DNA of 64,000 bases from an uncultured bacterium (GTDB lineage Bacteria > Actinomycetota > Acidimicrobiia > Spongiisociales > UBA5794), in contig CAWDDT010000004.1 in NCBI GenBank assembly GCA_963801165.1, positions 576,001 through 640,000 on the forward strand, read 5' to 3'. The notes under the pieces were generated by a model. The model did no database searches. It had not been told where the DNA came from and saw only the letters and a list, made by a program, of their open reading frames with translations. Within the stretch, counting starts at the first letter, position 1; every line of letters starts with the position of its first letter. The translations under genes and the position numbers were made by a program. Of the stretch, positions 48,956-58,304 are shown piece by piece.

Positions 48956-51553
48956 TTATCCGCCGCCGACCAATGTGTCGGCGATCGCGTCGGCCGTGTT
49001 GGCGCCGCGTCCGACAGTGCCGTTGGATACCGCGGTGACCCCGAATAGGCGTGGGGCGGTCGTGTTGGCGGTGCCGGTAACGATGATCGCGCGAGCCCAG
49101 ATCATCGCCCCGTCGAGTGGCAGAGGAGTCATCGGCCCGAACTGCACAACAGAGCCGTTGGCGTTCAGCAACGTGAACTCTTGTGCCAACTCTGGATCGG
49201 TGTCGATGGCGCTCTGCGCTACCAGCGGGCTCGAGACCTGCCTACCCAGCCGTGGCTCGATCCGGACCAGCAGTAGCCGCTCCGGATCGTCGTGATCGGC
49301 GATGGCGACCGCAGAGAGCACGTCGCGGCTCGCAGACGGGTTGGAGGATGCGCCGGGTCCGAACGGCCGTATCGCCACCCAATGATCCTGCATCTCACCC
49401 TGGGTCGGGAGGAAAAGCGACACCGCTTGCGACAGCCCGGGCGAGTCCTTGGCGACACCGTCGCCGGGTGCAGGGGTTATGGACCAGCGGTCGGAGCCGT
49501 TGAACAGCGTCTCGGCGTCGGAGACGTGGTAGCGGCCGAGGAGGCTGGTCTGTACCTTGAAGAGGTCGGGCGGGTAGAGCAGATGCGCCGCGAGATCGGC
49601 CGGCATGGTGGAGATGGGCTCGATGAGACCGGGGAAGATCGACTCCCATGCCTCGAGGATGGGGTCATCGGAACCGCCGACCTCGGTGCGGTAGAGGTGG
49701 ACTGTGCCGTCGTAGGCATCGACGGTTGCCTTGATCGATCCGTGCACGTAGTTGAACGACCCGTAGGAGAGCGAGCTCGGCGCCGACACCCCCACCTGGC
49801 GGGCGAACTGTGAGTAGGGGTACGTGGCGGCTCTCGTGTAGCCGTCCATGATCCATACGATCCGGTCACCGCTGACGACCGGATACGCCTCGCCATCCCA
49901 CGAGACGAAGGGCGCCACCATGCTGAGGCGTTCCCGAAGGTCGCGCCGCATCAACAGCTGCGACGACGTCGTGAGCTCGCTCGAGGTGAGAGGCTCGATG
50001 TCACCCAGCCCGATCGCGGCCACCATTCGCTGCCAGAAGCCGCCCACCGAAATGCCGGTGTTGCCGTCGAACACGGCACCTCCCTGCTCGACCCGCTTCG
50101 TCCCGACGATGGCATACCAGCCGGTGAGACCCTCTCCGAAATAGAGTTCGGACCTCTCCGGATTGAGCGACGCCAGGGTATCGACATCCGGTCGCCCGTC
50201 GGTTGCGGCGACATCAGCCGGTACCGCGACTATCCCGTTGCCGTGTGTGTAGACGAGATGCGACTGCACCCAGCCCTTCTCGGGCAGATCCTGCTGGTAG
50301 GCGTTCCTGGTCGCGATGAGGACGGGTCGCCGCACTCCGTCGATCGTGTAGCGGTCGAGGTCGACATCGATGATCCGGGTAGCAGTCGTTCCCTCCAGCA
50401 CCTGCAAGGGAGCGACGAGCTGATCCATCGTGAAGACGGGAACCCGGTCGAGCACAGCAGCGGAGTCGGAGGTCACGGGGGCGTCCAGCCCATCGGTGTA
50501 GGACTCGGTGACTTGCTCGACGGCGTCGAGCCGGTAGGCGGTTCTCGTAGCCTCGAGGTTGTGGGCGATATAGGGAAGCTCGCGCTCGGCTTCTGCCGGC
50601 TTGACGATGATCTTTTGCACCACGTAGGGAGCAACCCACATCCCGAGAACATACGCGACCGCCCACACGCCGAATGCCAACTGGGTGGCGCGCCATTTAC
50701 CGGTGCGAACCCCGTAGATCGTGATAGCGGCGGTGGCGAACGCGAGCAGCGCCAGAATAATCAACACCGGACTGACCACCTTCAGCTCGGTGAAGCCCGG
50801 GCCGTCGAAGGCTCCGTTCTGGTTGGTGGCGAGGCCGGGCCGCTGCACGAGCAGATACATCAGACCGCGCAGGGTCGCAAAGGCTGCTGCCAGCATGGCG
50901 AGATGTGCGATTGCCCGGCGCGCCGAGCTTCGACCCCGTCCCGGGAGTCGAAGCGCCCCATTGGCGATGTATCCCGCCGCAGCAATGAATGTGGCGAGAG
51001 TGAGCAGCCTTTGCAGCCAGCTGCCCAGGTAGATGAGGAAGGGCAGACGGAAGAGGTGGAAGCCGAGGTCGAATCCGATCTCAGGTGCCTTCACGCCGAG
51101 GTTAGGCCCGTGGAGGAACAAGACCCATGGCTGCCACCGACCCATCGCTGTCGGGATCGTTTGCACAGTGAACAACACCGCAAGGCCGATGATCAGCCAG
51201 CGATGCGCCGGGCCCATCCGTTGCCGGTAGCGGACAACGAGGCGGTTCGGGCCGTTGTCTGGTGCAGGTCGGACGCGCAGACCGAGATACGCAGATACGC
51301 CGAGCACCAAACCGGTGATCAGCGCCGAGGCAACAGCCAATTCGATCTGGGCGATGAGCCGGGTGGACCATACCGGCGCTTTCGTGACCGAGTCATACCA
51401 CCACTTGTCGAGCAGGGTGGCTGCGGTGAAACGGAGGAGCCACACAACGCCGACCAATCCCAATAGCCCGGCTGCGATCCAACGCTGGACGCGGGTGCGT
51501 CGCTGCAGGAACGCAACGATGGGGTACACGGGGGCAACGGGTCGGCTAGACAC
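48956..51553 (-). CDS. UPF0182 family membrane protein
   Basis: Multiple TM segments; DLGFHLF.LP, E.PYI..N..ATR.AY, DLDRY, HLVYTHGNG, WIMDGYT and VDAYDG motifs. Confidence 0.9.
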   Translation of the reverse strand: MSSRPVAPVYPIVAFLQRRTRVQRWIAAGLLGLVGVVWLLRFTAATLLDKWWYDSVTKAPVWSTRLIAQIELAVASALITGLVLGVSAYLGLRVRPAPDNGPNRLVVRYRQRMGPAHRWLIIGLAVLFTVQTIPTAMGRWQPWVLFLHGPNLGVKAPEIGFDLGFHLFRLPFLIYLGSWLQRLLTLATFIAAAGYIANGALRLPGRGRSSARRAIAHLAMLAAAFATLRGLMYLLVQRPGLATNQNGAFDGPGFTELKVVSPVLIILALLAFATAAITIYGVRTGKWRATQLAFGVWAVAYVLGMWVAPYVVQKIIVKPAEAERELPYIAHNLEATRTAYRLDAVEQVTESYTDGLDAPVTSDSAAVLDRVPVFTMDQLVAPLQVLEGTTATRIIDVDLDRYTIDGVRRPVLIATRNAYQQDLPEKGWVQSHLVYTHGNGIVAVPADVAATDGRPDVDTLASLNPERSELYFGEGLTGWYAIVGTKRVEQGGAVFDGNTGISVGGFWQRMVAAIGLGDIEPLTSSELTTSSQLLMRRDLRERLSMVAPFVSWDGEAYPVVSGDRIVWIMDGYTRAATYPYSQFARQVGVSAPSSLSYGSFNYVHGSIKATVDAYDGTVHLYRTEVGGSDDPILEAWESIFPGLIEPISTMPADLAAHLLYPPDLFKVQTSLLGRYHVSDAETLFNGSDRWSITPAPGDGVAKDSPGLSQAVSLFLPTQGEMQDHWVAIRPFGPGASSNPSASRDVLSAVAIADHDDPERLLLVRIEPRLGRQVSSPLVAQSAIDTDPELAQEFTLLNANGSVVQFGPMTPLPLDGAMIWARAIIVTGTANTTAPRLFGVTAVSNGTVGRGANTADAIADTLVGGG

Positions 51554-51594
51554 AGCCTCGGTAGGTTAGAAGCGCCGAAAAGAAATGCCGAGTT

Positions 51595-52887
51595 CTATTT
51601 GCCCTTGGGCATCGTGACGGTGACGCGGCCTCCGCCCGTCTCGCTGGTGCCGACGGTCATTTGTCCTCCGCCCACCCCCGCGGTGCGGGCGGCGATGTCG
51701 AGCCCAAGACCGGTTGACCCGGCAGCACTGATGCCGCGTTCCGCCATCTCGGAGCCGAAACCTGGTCCCTGATCGTCAACGACGAGGATGGCGTCACCGT
51801 CGAGCGATGCCACGGCCACGGTGAATCCGACGCCTTCGTCTGTGTGGGCGAAGACATTGCCAACGAGTGCATCGATCATCGCGACGGCATCGTCGCTTCC
51901 GATGGCAACCTGCGTTTCCGATCCGTCGGAGATGTACTCGAGCTCACGCTGTTGCTCCTCGGCGAGTGCGGCCCAGAAGCGGACCCTTTCGGCGGCAACC
52001 TCCCCGAGGTCGCACTTTCCGGCAGCATCCGTTCTGCCCGGGCGTCGCGCCTCCCGGATCACGAAGTCGACCGTCCGGTCGAGTTCGTCGAGGTCGTCAC
52101 GCAACCGCTCGGCGAGAGGGCCCTCGGGGAGGGCCTCGGCGTCGAGCCTCACGGCGGTAAGCGGAGTGCGGAGCCGGTGCGAAAGGTCGGCGGCCGCTTC
52201 CCGCTCCATTCGGAGAAGGCGCACGATGCGGTCGGCGAGGCCATTCAGCTCGATACCGACTTCCATGACCTCCGGCGGGCCGGATGGCGTCACCCGCGCT
52301 TCTAGGTTCCCCTCGCCGAGGATTGACGCGGTCGCCGAGAGCTCCTTGACCGGCTGCACCATCGATTGGCCCAGCCGATCGGCGACGGCGATGGCAATGG
52401 CGATGATGGCGAGTCCCAGGAGGATGAGAACCACGATCGATCTGGCGACACCATCTGTGAGAGCCGTCTCGGGCACGAATACGCGAACGACGACGGTCTG
52501 GCCGGCCGTAGGGAGCAGAACGGAGGTGTAGACCGCCTGCCCGCCCCGAACCGCGGCGCGATAGGCGGCCCCGTTGCGGACGGCGTCGAGGTTCTCGCCT
52601 TCCGGTATCGGCTCGCCGAACACCTCCTCGCCGCCGCTGTCGGCGATGAGGATGACCGACGTGGCATAGTCGCTCCGGTTCAATAGGGCGGCCTGGATCA
52701 CGTCGGCCGTATTGGAGTTCGGGGCGCGCAACGCGATGAACTGGGCGATCGCTTCTTCCTGGTTCTGCGCGAGTGTCACCGCCTTGTCGTAGGCGAGAGC
52801 ACGGACCGTCAGAGTCAAAGGGAATAGGAACGCGATCACCACCATCGTGGTGACGGCGCCGACGACCAGGTTCAGCCGCGCTCTCAC
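51595..52887 (-). CDS. HAMP sensor histidine kinase (TCS-2, paralog of 15952..17262)
   Basis: DLSHRLRTPL, VDDQGPG and STGLGLDI motifs. GTGA overlap with the regulator. Confidence 0.92.
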   Translation of the reverse strand: MRARLNLVVGAVTTMVVIAFLFPLTLTVRALAYDKAVTLAQNQEEAIAQFIALRAPNSNTADVIQAALLNRSDYATSVILIADSGGEEVFGEPIPEGENLDAVRNGAAYRAAVRGGQAVYTSVLLPTAGQTVVVRVFVPETALTDGVARSIVVLILLGLAIIAIAIAVADRLGQSMVQPVKELSATASILGEGNLEARVTPSGPPEVMEVGIELNGLADRIVRLLRMEREAAADLSHRLRTPLTAVRLDAEALPEGPLAERLRDDLDELDRTVDFVIREARRPGRTDAAGKCDLGEVAAERVRFWAALAEEQQRELEYISDGSETQVAIGSDDAVAMIDALVGNVFAHTDEGVGFTVAVASLDGDAILVVDDQGPGFGSEMAERGISAAGSTGLGLDIAARTAGVGGGQMTVGTSETGGGRVTVTMPKGK

Positions 52888-53567
52888 GACGTGGGGTCGA
52901 CCAGCTTGACACCGACGCCGCGGCGGGTGTGGATGTAGCAGGGCTCTGCTGCGGTCTCGCCGAGCTTCTTGCGCAGCCAGGAGAGATGGACGTCGACGGT
53001 CTTGTCGGCGCCGCCGTAGGGTTGCCGCCACACGGCCGCCAGCAGCTCCCTCTTTCCGATCATCTTTCCTGGGCGCTCTGCCAGATAGGCGAGCAGCTCG
53101 AACTCCTTGGCCGATAGATCCAGTCCCTCGCCGTTCAGGGTCGCTTCGTGTGCAGCGGCGTCGATACGCAGTTCGCCTATCGCGATCACGGGGTTGTCGG
53201 TGGTGGTGGCCGCCCGTCGGAGCAGGGCGCGGATGCGGGCCTCGAGGTGGTCGGTCGAGTACGGCTTGATCACGTAGTCGTCAGCGCCGGCGTTGAAGAT
53301 CTTGACGATCTCGTCCTGATCGTCGCGGGCTGTGGCGACGATCACCGGAACCTCGCTCACGGCCCGGATCATCTGTAGGGCGTCGACGCCGTCGACGTCC
53401 GGCAGACCCAGATCGAGAACGACGATGTCGATGTCGCCGCTCACGGCCTTCTGCACACCCTCCATTGCAGTACCGGTCGACTCCACGTGGTGGCCTCGCT
53501 CGGCGAGGCGGGTCGCCAACGTTTGGCGGATCCGCTGGTCGTCTTCTATTAGCAAAACTGATGCCAT
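52884..53567 (-). CDS. OmpR-family response regulator (TCS-2, paralog of 15272..15955)
   Basis: MASVLLIEDD, LDLGLPD, GADDY and KTVDVHLSWLRKKLGE. Same 684-nt length as RR-1. Confidence 0.95.
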   Translation of the reverse strand: MASVLLIEDDQRIRQTLATRLAERGHHVESTGTAMEGVQKAVSGDIDIVVLDLGLPDVDGVDALQMIRAVSEVPVIVATARDDQDEIVKIFNAGADDYVIKPYSTDHLEARIRALLRRAATTTDNPVIAIGELRIDAAAHEATLNGEGLDLSAKEFELLAYLAERPGKMIGKRELLAAVWRQPYGGADKTVDVHLSWLRKKLGETAAEPCYIHTRRGVGVKLVDPTS

Positions 53568-53606
53568 GGACCTGAAATTACACCCGATCGGGTCGTCAAG
53601 GCGCCC

Positions 53607-53644
53607 GATAGCCGGGGTTTCATCGTCGTTTAGCCTTGGGTTAA
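53607..53644 (+). promoter_or_regulatory. 11-bp-phased direct repeat array in the TCS-2 divergent promoter
   Basis: GATAG 53607, TTTCA 53618, TTTAG 53629, GTTAA 53640. Confidence 0.55.
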
Positions 53645-53679
53645 CCCAGCGAGCCGGGGAGTAATGCATGCTGGAGCGA

Positions 53680-54291
53680 ATGAGACGGTACTTGGGTCTG
53701 GGCGTGGCGTGGCTCGGTGCAACCGTGCTGTCGGTGCTGATAGCGTCGACCGCGGTGGCCGGGATTCGCGACCGCGTTGTGGAGACCCCGGTGGCCGTCG
53801 GTCCCCCCACGACAACGACGACATTGGCTCCGGCGACGACCACGCCGACGACCCTTGCCTCTACGACTACCTCCATGTTGGCACCGACGACAACCACCGA
53901 GACGACGGCGCCGCCGCAGACGACAACGACCATCGAGTCGGCGACGACCACGACGGCACCGCCGGAGACCACCGGCACTACGCCGACGACCACCACGGCG
54001 ACCACGACGACGACGACCACCGGCCCGCCATCATTCTCTTACCCGATCTATGCACTGAAAGGCGGGACGGTCACGCTGGAGGTCGGCGATGGCACCGTAC
54101 GCGTTTATTCCGCCGTGCCCAACGCCGGTTACGCCTACCACAATGAGAAAGACGGGCCGACCGAGGTCGAGGTCGAGTTCGACAGCAACGACCACAAATC
54201 CACCCTGACGGCGCACTTCGAGGGTGGAGAGCTCAAGGTTGTGCAGAACGAGGGTCGCGAGGGCGGCGACGATGGCCACGGCGACGACTGA
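53680..54291 (+). CDS. Secreted Thr-rich accessory protein divergent from TCS-2
   Basis: Signal/TM segment, poly-Thr linker, GGTVTL..GTVRV...PNAGY...EVEVEF..HKS and tail GGDDGHGDD. Alternative start 53668. Confidence 0.78.
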   Translation: MRRYLGLGVAWLGATVLSVLIASTAVAGIRDRVVETPVAVGPPTTTTTLAPATTTPTTLASTTTSMLAPTTTTETTAPPQTTTTIESATTTTAPPETTGTTPTTTTATTTTTTTGPPSFSYPIYALKGGTVTLEVGDGTVRVYSAVPNAGYAYHNEKDGPTEVEVEFDSNDHKSTLTAHFEGGELKVVQNEGREGGDDGHGDD

Positions 54292-54308
54292 GCCGCCATA
54301 CTGGCCGC

Positions 54309-54890
54309 ATGTGGGAGATCGACGTCTGGGACCCTCTGCCGATTGATGACGTCGCGGCGCTTCTCAACGGAGCCCCGTTTCGCTGGTGGGTGAGTGGAGG
54401 GCGGGCTCTCGAGCTTCATGTGGGCCGGTCCTGGCGGAGCCACGAGGACACCGACGTAGGTGTCCTCGGCAGTGAAGTTTCGCGCGTCGCAAAACGGCTC
54501 TCCGGTTGGGAGCTGGCCGTAGCCGCGGGCGGACGGCTGAGTGGCTGGCACGGACGGCCTCTACAACCCGGCGAGAACAACGTGTGGGCAGGTCGGACTG
54601 CGTGGGAGATCGACTTCACCGTCGGTGCCGACAGCGACGACGAATGGGTGTATCGACGTTATCCGGCTATTAGACGGCCGTGGTCGGCGGCGGTTCTGTT
54701 GTCTGCACGGAACGTGCCGTACCTGGCGCCGGAGTTGCAGCTCCTGTTCAAGAGCAAGACAGCACGACCGAAAGATCACGACGATGCGGAGGTAGTGATC
54801 CCCGTGCTGGGTCGTGCCGCAAGGGCGTTTCTCGAGGAGAACCTCCCCGCCGGGCACGCGTGGCGTCGGCTGCTCCACGACGCTGGATAG
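54309..54890 (+). CDS. Nucleotidyltransferase (aminoglycoside-2''-adenylyltransferase-like fold)
   Basis: WWVSGG.ALE...RSHEDTDV, PYLAPE.QLLFK and RPKD..D motifs. Confidence 0.75.
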   Translation: MWEIDVWDPLPIDDVAALLNGAPFRWWVSGGRALELHVGRSWRSHEDTDVGVLGSEVSRVAKRLSGWELAVAAGGRLSGWHGRPLQPGENNVWAGRTAWEIDFTVGADSDDEWVYRRYPAIRRPWSAAVLLSARNVPYLAPELQLLFKSKTARPKDHDDAEVVIPVLGRAARAFLEENLPAGHAWRRLLHDAG

Positions 54891-54895
54891 CGCCC

Positions 54896-55447
54896 TCAGC
54901 CGACCTTCCTGACCTTGTCGCCACGCCGGATGGCGCCGGGCACAACGACCCTGGCGTTCAGGCCCCGGAGACGGAATGCCTTGCCTGTCTCCGAATTGGC
55001 AAACTTGCGAGCTTCCAAGCCGAATCGAGTCGAGAACTTCTGGCAACCGGTGTGGGGGACCGCAGTGACCTCGATGACCGCTTCGCCGATGGCCACCTTG
55101 CTCCCAATTGGCAGGTTCTCCTCGCTGATGTCGAAGTCCAGATAGAGCTGGTCGCCGGCCAGCTTCCAGCGATCGTCGGAACCGGCGATCAGGGCGGTGA
55201 ACCGAGCGTTCATCACGTTGAGCTGCGTCTCGGGGTTTGGCGATTCGCCGTCGCTTCGTGCCAGAGCGCGGGCACGCCACGAGTCACCCACGAGACCCTC
55301 CGCCAACGAGAGCTCTCCAGTCTCGAGCACCTCGCGTTCGTCGATATCCGGTCGGCGCACGATCAAGGCGAGCGTGCCTTCCTCCTTCGGGGCGGCCGCG
55401 ACCTCGGTGAGACCGGCCTCGAGCTCATCAGTAGATAGGTGATCCAT
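54896..55447 (-). CDS. MOSC domain protein
   Basis: GLVGD, GDQL, PHTGC.KF..RFG and RGLNARV..PG.IR.GD motifs. Confidence 0.85.
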   Translation of the reverse strand: MDHLSTDELEAGLTEVAAAPKEEGTLALIVRRPDIDEREVLETGELSLAEGLVGDSWRARALARSDGESPNPETQLNVMNARFTALIAGSDDRWKLAGDQLYLDFDISEENLPIGSKVAIGEAVIEVTAVPHTGCQKFSTRFGLEARKFANSETGKAFRLRGLNARVVVPGAIRRGDKVRKVG

Positions 55448-55457
55448 GGGCGACAAA

Positions 55458-56417
55458 CTACCCGTCGATTGTGAATGCAAACGACGCGTCGGTGACACCA
55501 TCCTCGCCGATGAACCAGGTGCCCGGTGTGAGCCGCAACGTGTAGTCCCCGGCAGGGGAACCGTCGACGATGAATTGCAGCTGCCGGTCGGCCGTTGTCA
55601 CGCCTTCATCCGATCCGGGCAGCGAGCCGATGTCGGCGCGGTCGGGGGCGATCACCGTTCCGTCAGGAAGGGTCAAACCGAAATCGGTGGCGAAGATCTG
55701 CCAGTTCCCGCCCTTGCGGCTGACGACGTCGAAATCGAGGATCAGAGCCTGTTTGCCGGCGTCTACCTCTCGGTGCCCGACCGGGTCGTCGTAGCGCAGC
55801 TCAGCCGTCTTGAAGGTGAGGTCGACAAGCTCCATCGACATGGTGCCGGCGACGTCGACCGACCGGGGCTCGAGCCGCACCGGCTCGGTACCTCCGGCCA
55901 GAGGGACTCGGGCCTGGTTCACGTCAGGGCCACCAACCATCAGCACGGCGCTAGGCAGGTCGAAACCACCGTCGATGAGAAAGGTGAGCTCGCCCTGCGC
56001 AGTGGTGCCTGCCGCGACCTCTCCGAGGTCGTTGAGGGGGCTAGCGGGGTAGGAGTTGTCCGCGGTGACGATCGTCATCTCCGTGTCGATGAAACCCGCC
56101 GTGGTTCCCGTGTTCTCCAGAGTGAGCCCGAGGGTCAGGAAGTACGTCACCTCGTCGCTGAAGTCGTCCTTCTTGGAGCTGATCTCCCCGGAATCGGCGG
56201 ATATGTGGAAGCCGCTGTGCCAGAAGTCCTGGCCGACGTCAAAGGTCTGGTTCTCGATGCCGGTAGCTTCGCCACCGGCTGTGGTCGTGGTTTGCGCTGT
56301 CGTCCGCCCCTCGTCGCTCGATCTCGTGGTGGCCGTGTCGTCGCTGCCACCGCACCCGACGACGAGGGTGAGCGACGCCGCAAGAACCAGCAGCAACCGT
56401 GTCGCCCGTCGATCCAT
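55458..56417 (-). CDS. Lipoprotein with two Ig-like (DUF4352-like) domains
   Basis: VVGC lipobox and two beta-rich domains each ending L.F.(I/V)DG. Confidence 0.6.
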   Translation of the reverse strand: MDRRATRLLLVLAASLTLVVGCGGSDDTATTRSSDEGRTTAQTTTTAGGEATGIENQTFDVGQDFWHSGFHISADSGEISSKKDDFSDEVTYFLTLGLTLENTGTTAGFIDTEMTIVTADNSYPASPLNDLGEVAAGTTAQGELTFLIDGGFDLPSAVLMVGGPDVNQARVPLAGGTEPVRLEPRSVDVAGTMSMELVDLTFKTAELRYDDPVGHREVDAGKQALILDFDVVSRKGGNWQIFATDFGLTLPDGTVIAPDRADIGSLPGSDEGVTTADRQLQFIVDGSPAGDYTLRLTPGTWFIGEDGVTDASFAFTIDG

Positions 56418-56499
56418 CGCCCAACCCCCGTGCTAGACACTCCCTGATGTCACCCTACCGACGGACAGTCACGGGTGGTCGGGTAAACCGGTCGTGGTA

Positions 56500-57450
56500 C
56501 TAGTCGATATCTGCGGACAGCCGGGCGAGCAGCCGACGCAGCGCATCCTTGAGCTCGTCGGGCTCGAGGATCCGGAACCGGCACGGAAGCCCGGCGAGAT
56601 ACCGGGCGATCCAATCCAGCTCGTCGGCCCCGATTCGGAGCAAGGTCCCGCCTCTTGTCGGTTCGATGACCCCGAGGGTCGGCGAGATGATCTGTGCCGC
56701 CTCTGCGGGTTTCACCCGGAGCAACACGCGCGCCTGCCACTTGTAGACGGAGACGGCGAGTCCTTCGGAGACCTGTGCCGCCGCGTCCGGGGGCGACTGA
56801 TGGGTGAACCGCATGCCGGTGAGTACGGGCTTGCTGATCCTGTCGACCCTGAAGGTGCGCCATGCCTCCCGGTCCCGGTCTCTGGCGACGAGATACCAGC
56901 GACGGGCCGCATAGACGAGCTGATACGGCTCGACGTGTCGTTCGGTTGCGTTGCCCTTGAAGTCGACGTAGCCAAACCGCATCCGCTCCGGGACCCGACA
57001 CCCCCGTGCGATCGTCACCAGCAGCTCGGGGTCGAGTGACTCGCCCGGCGCCCCTGACGGCCGAAGCGCCACGGTCGATCCCCGAAGATCGCTGATCCGC
57101 TCTCGTAGTCTCACCGGAAGCACCTGCTCGATCTTGGCGAGAGCAGCGATGGCCGAGTCCTCGAAGCCGGGGAGACCGCCACTGGCCACGCGGCGCAGCC
57201 CGAGCGCCACCACGACGGCCTCGTCGTCGTCGAGCAGGAGCGGGGGGAGGGCGCCCCCGGGGGCGAGCATGTAGCCGCCCGCCGGGCCGGTGTATGCCTC
57301 GACCGGGTAGCCGAGGTCACGAAGACGGGCGATGTCACGGCGGAGCGTCCTGTCGGTCACCTCGAGCCGGTTGGCGAGCTCGGGCCCGGTCCAGCTTGGT
57401 CGTGCCTGCAACAGCGAGAGCAGTTTGAGCATGCGTGCCGAGGGATCCAT
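56500..57450 (-). CDS. HTH-WYL transcriptional regulator (YafY-type)
   Basis: ELA.RLEV..RTLRRDI..LR.LGYP, RHVEPY.L...RRWYLVA.D and WRTFRVDRI motifs. Confidence 0.93.
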   Translation of the reverse strand: MDPSARMLKLLSLLQARPSWTGPELANRLEVTDRTLRRDIARLRDLGYPVEAYTGPAGGYMLAPGGALPPLLLDDDEAVVVALGLRRVASGGLPGFEDSAIAALAKIEQVLPVRLRERISDLRGSTVALRPSGAPGESLDPELLVTIARGCRVPERMRFGYVDFKGNATERHVEPYQLVYAARRWYLVARDRDREAWRTFRVDRISKPVLTGMRFTHQSPPDAAAQVSEGLAVSVYKWQARVLLRVKPAEAAQIISPTLGVIEPTRGGTLLRIGADELDWIARYLAGLPCRFRILEPDELKDALRRLLARLSADID

Positions 57451-57458
57451 TGGCCGTC

Positions 57459-57508
57459 AAACTAGTCGAAATAGCGGACAGGTTCTGTCCTTAATGCATC
57501 GCTAGTTT
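57459..57508. promoter_or_regulatory. Symmetric divergent promoter with central palindrome (candidate WYL operator)
   Basis: GGACAG-GTT-CTGTCC (57476-57490) flanked by TAGTTT -10 hexamers on each strand (57459-57464 minus, 57503-57508 plus). Confidence 0.65.
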
Positions 57509-57542
57509 CAAGGCTGTAGTTCACGAATAGAAGGACCCGACG

Positions 57543-57713
57543 ATGAACCCATATGCCCTCCACATGCTGGCCCGCATCCATCACGAGGAGCGGCTCGTCC
57601 AGGCCGAGGCCGCCCGGCGTCTGCGTTTTGCCAAGAGGGCGCAGCGCCGGGAAGCGCCGGCCATAGCCGGTACGGCGGCGTCTGCAACTGTTCCCGCCTG
57701 CTCGACCGGATAG
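57543..57713 (+). CDS. 56-aa small protein, absent from the ORF track
   Basis: AGAAGGA SD; MNPYALHMLARIHHEERLVQAEAARRLRFAKRAQRREAPAIAGTAASATVPACSTG*. Confidence 0.65.
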   Translation: MNPYALHMLARIHHEERLVQAEAARRLRFAKRAQRREAPAIAGTAASATVPACSTG

Positions 57714-57764
57714 ATCAAGGGGAAAACTCGTACACCTCGTAGCCTGCTGGTGCGTGTTCTCTAC

Positions 57765-58304
57765 ATGAGTGCAGCTACAGGGGTGTCGAGGATGTCAAAG
57801 CCATTGCCGCTGGTTGCGGTAACGGAGGATTTCGAAGCTTTCTACAAGCGCCAGTACCCGCGGGCCGTCGGGCTCGCCTATGCCCTGACGGGCAGAAAGC
57901 ATGTGGCCGAGGAGATCGCTCAGGATGCGTTCATCGCCGGCTATCGGCGCTGGCAGCGCATCTCGCAGTACGACAAGCCGGATGCGTGGTTGCGCCGTGT
58001 GATCGTCAACCGATCGACGTCGGTGTTGCGCCGTGGGCTCACCGAGGTAAAGGCAATCCCTCGTCTCCGTGCGGGGATGGAACACATCGCCGACATCGAG
58101 CCCGATGCGTCTGAAGTATGGGACGAGGTGAGGGCGTTGCCCCGAAGGCAGGCACAGGCGATCGCACTCTTCTACCTCGAAGACCTCTCACTGGAACAGA
58201 TCGCAAATGTCCTCGAATGCAGTCCGGGGACGGTCAAGGCCCATCTGAAGCGGGGGCGAGACCGTCTCGGCCGCAAGCTCACAGCCTGGAAGGAGGAAGC
58301 ATGA
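57765..58304 (+). CDS. ECF RNA polymerase sigma factor (actinobacterial SigE-like family)
   Basis: AEEIAQDAF, AWLRR, LPRRQ...L.Y.EDLS..QIA..L..S.GTVK.HL.RG motifs. Start is uncertain (57750, 57765 or 57792). Confidence 0.9.
   Translation: MSAATGVSRMSKPLPLVAVTEDFEAFYKRQYPRAVGLAYALTGRKHVAEEIAQDAFIAGYRRWQRISQYDKPDAWLRRVIVNRSTSVLRRGLTEVKAIPRLRAGMEHIADIEPDASEVWDEVRALPRRQAQAIALFYLEDLSLEQIANVLECSPGTVKAHLKRGRDRLGRKLTAWKEEA

Noticed and set aside
52884-54020. 378-aa regulator with a poly-Val N-terminus
   Set aside because: The poly-Val is the antisense of the Thr-rich gene on the + strand; the RR starts at 53567.
53811-54020. ACG/ACC repeats here and in other lipoproteins as DNA repeat elements
   Set aside because: They encode poly-Thr linkers common in secreted proteins throughout the window.
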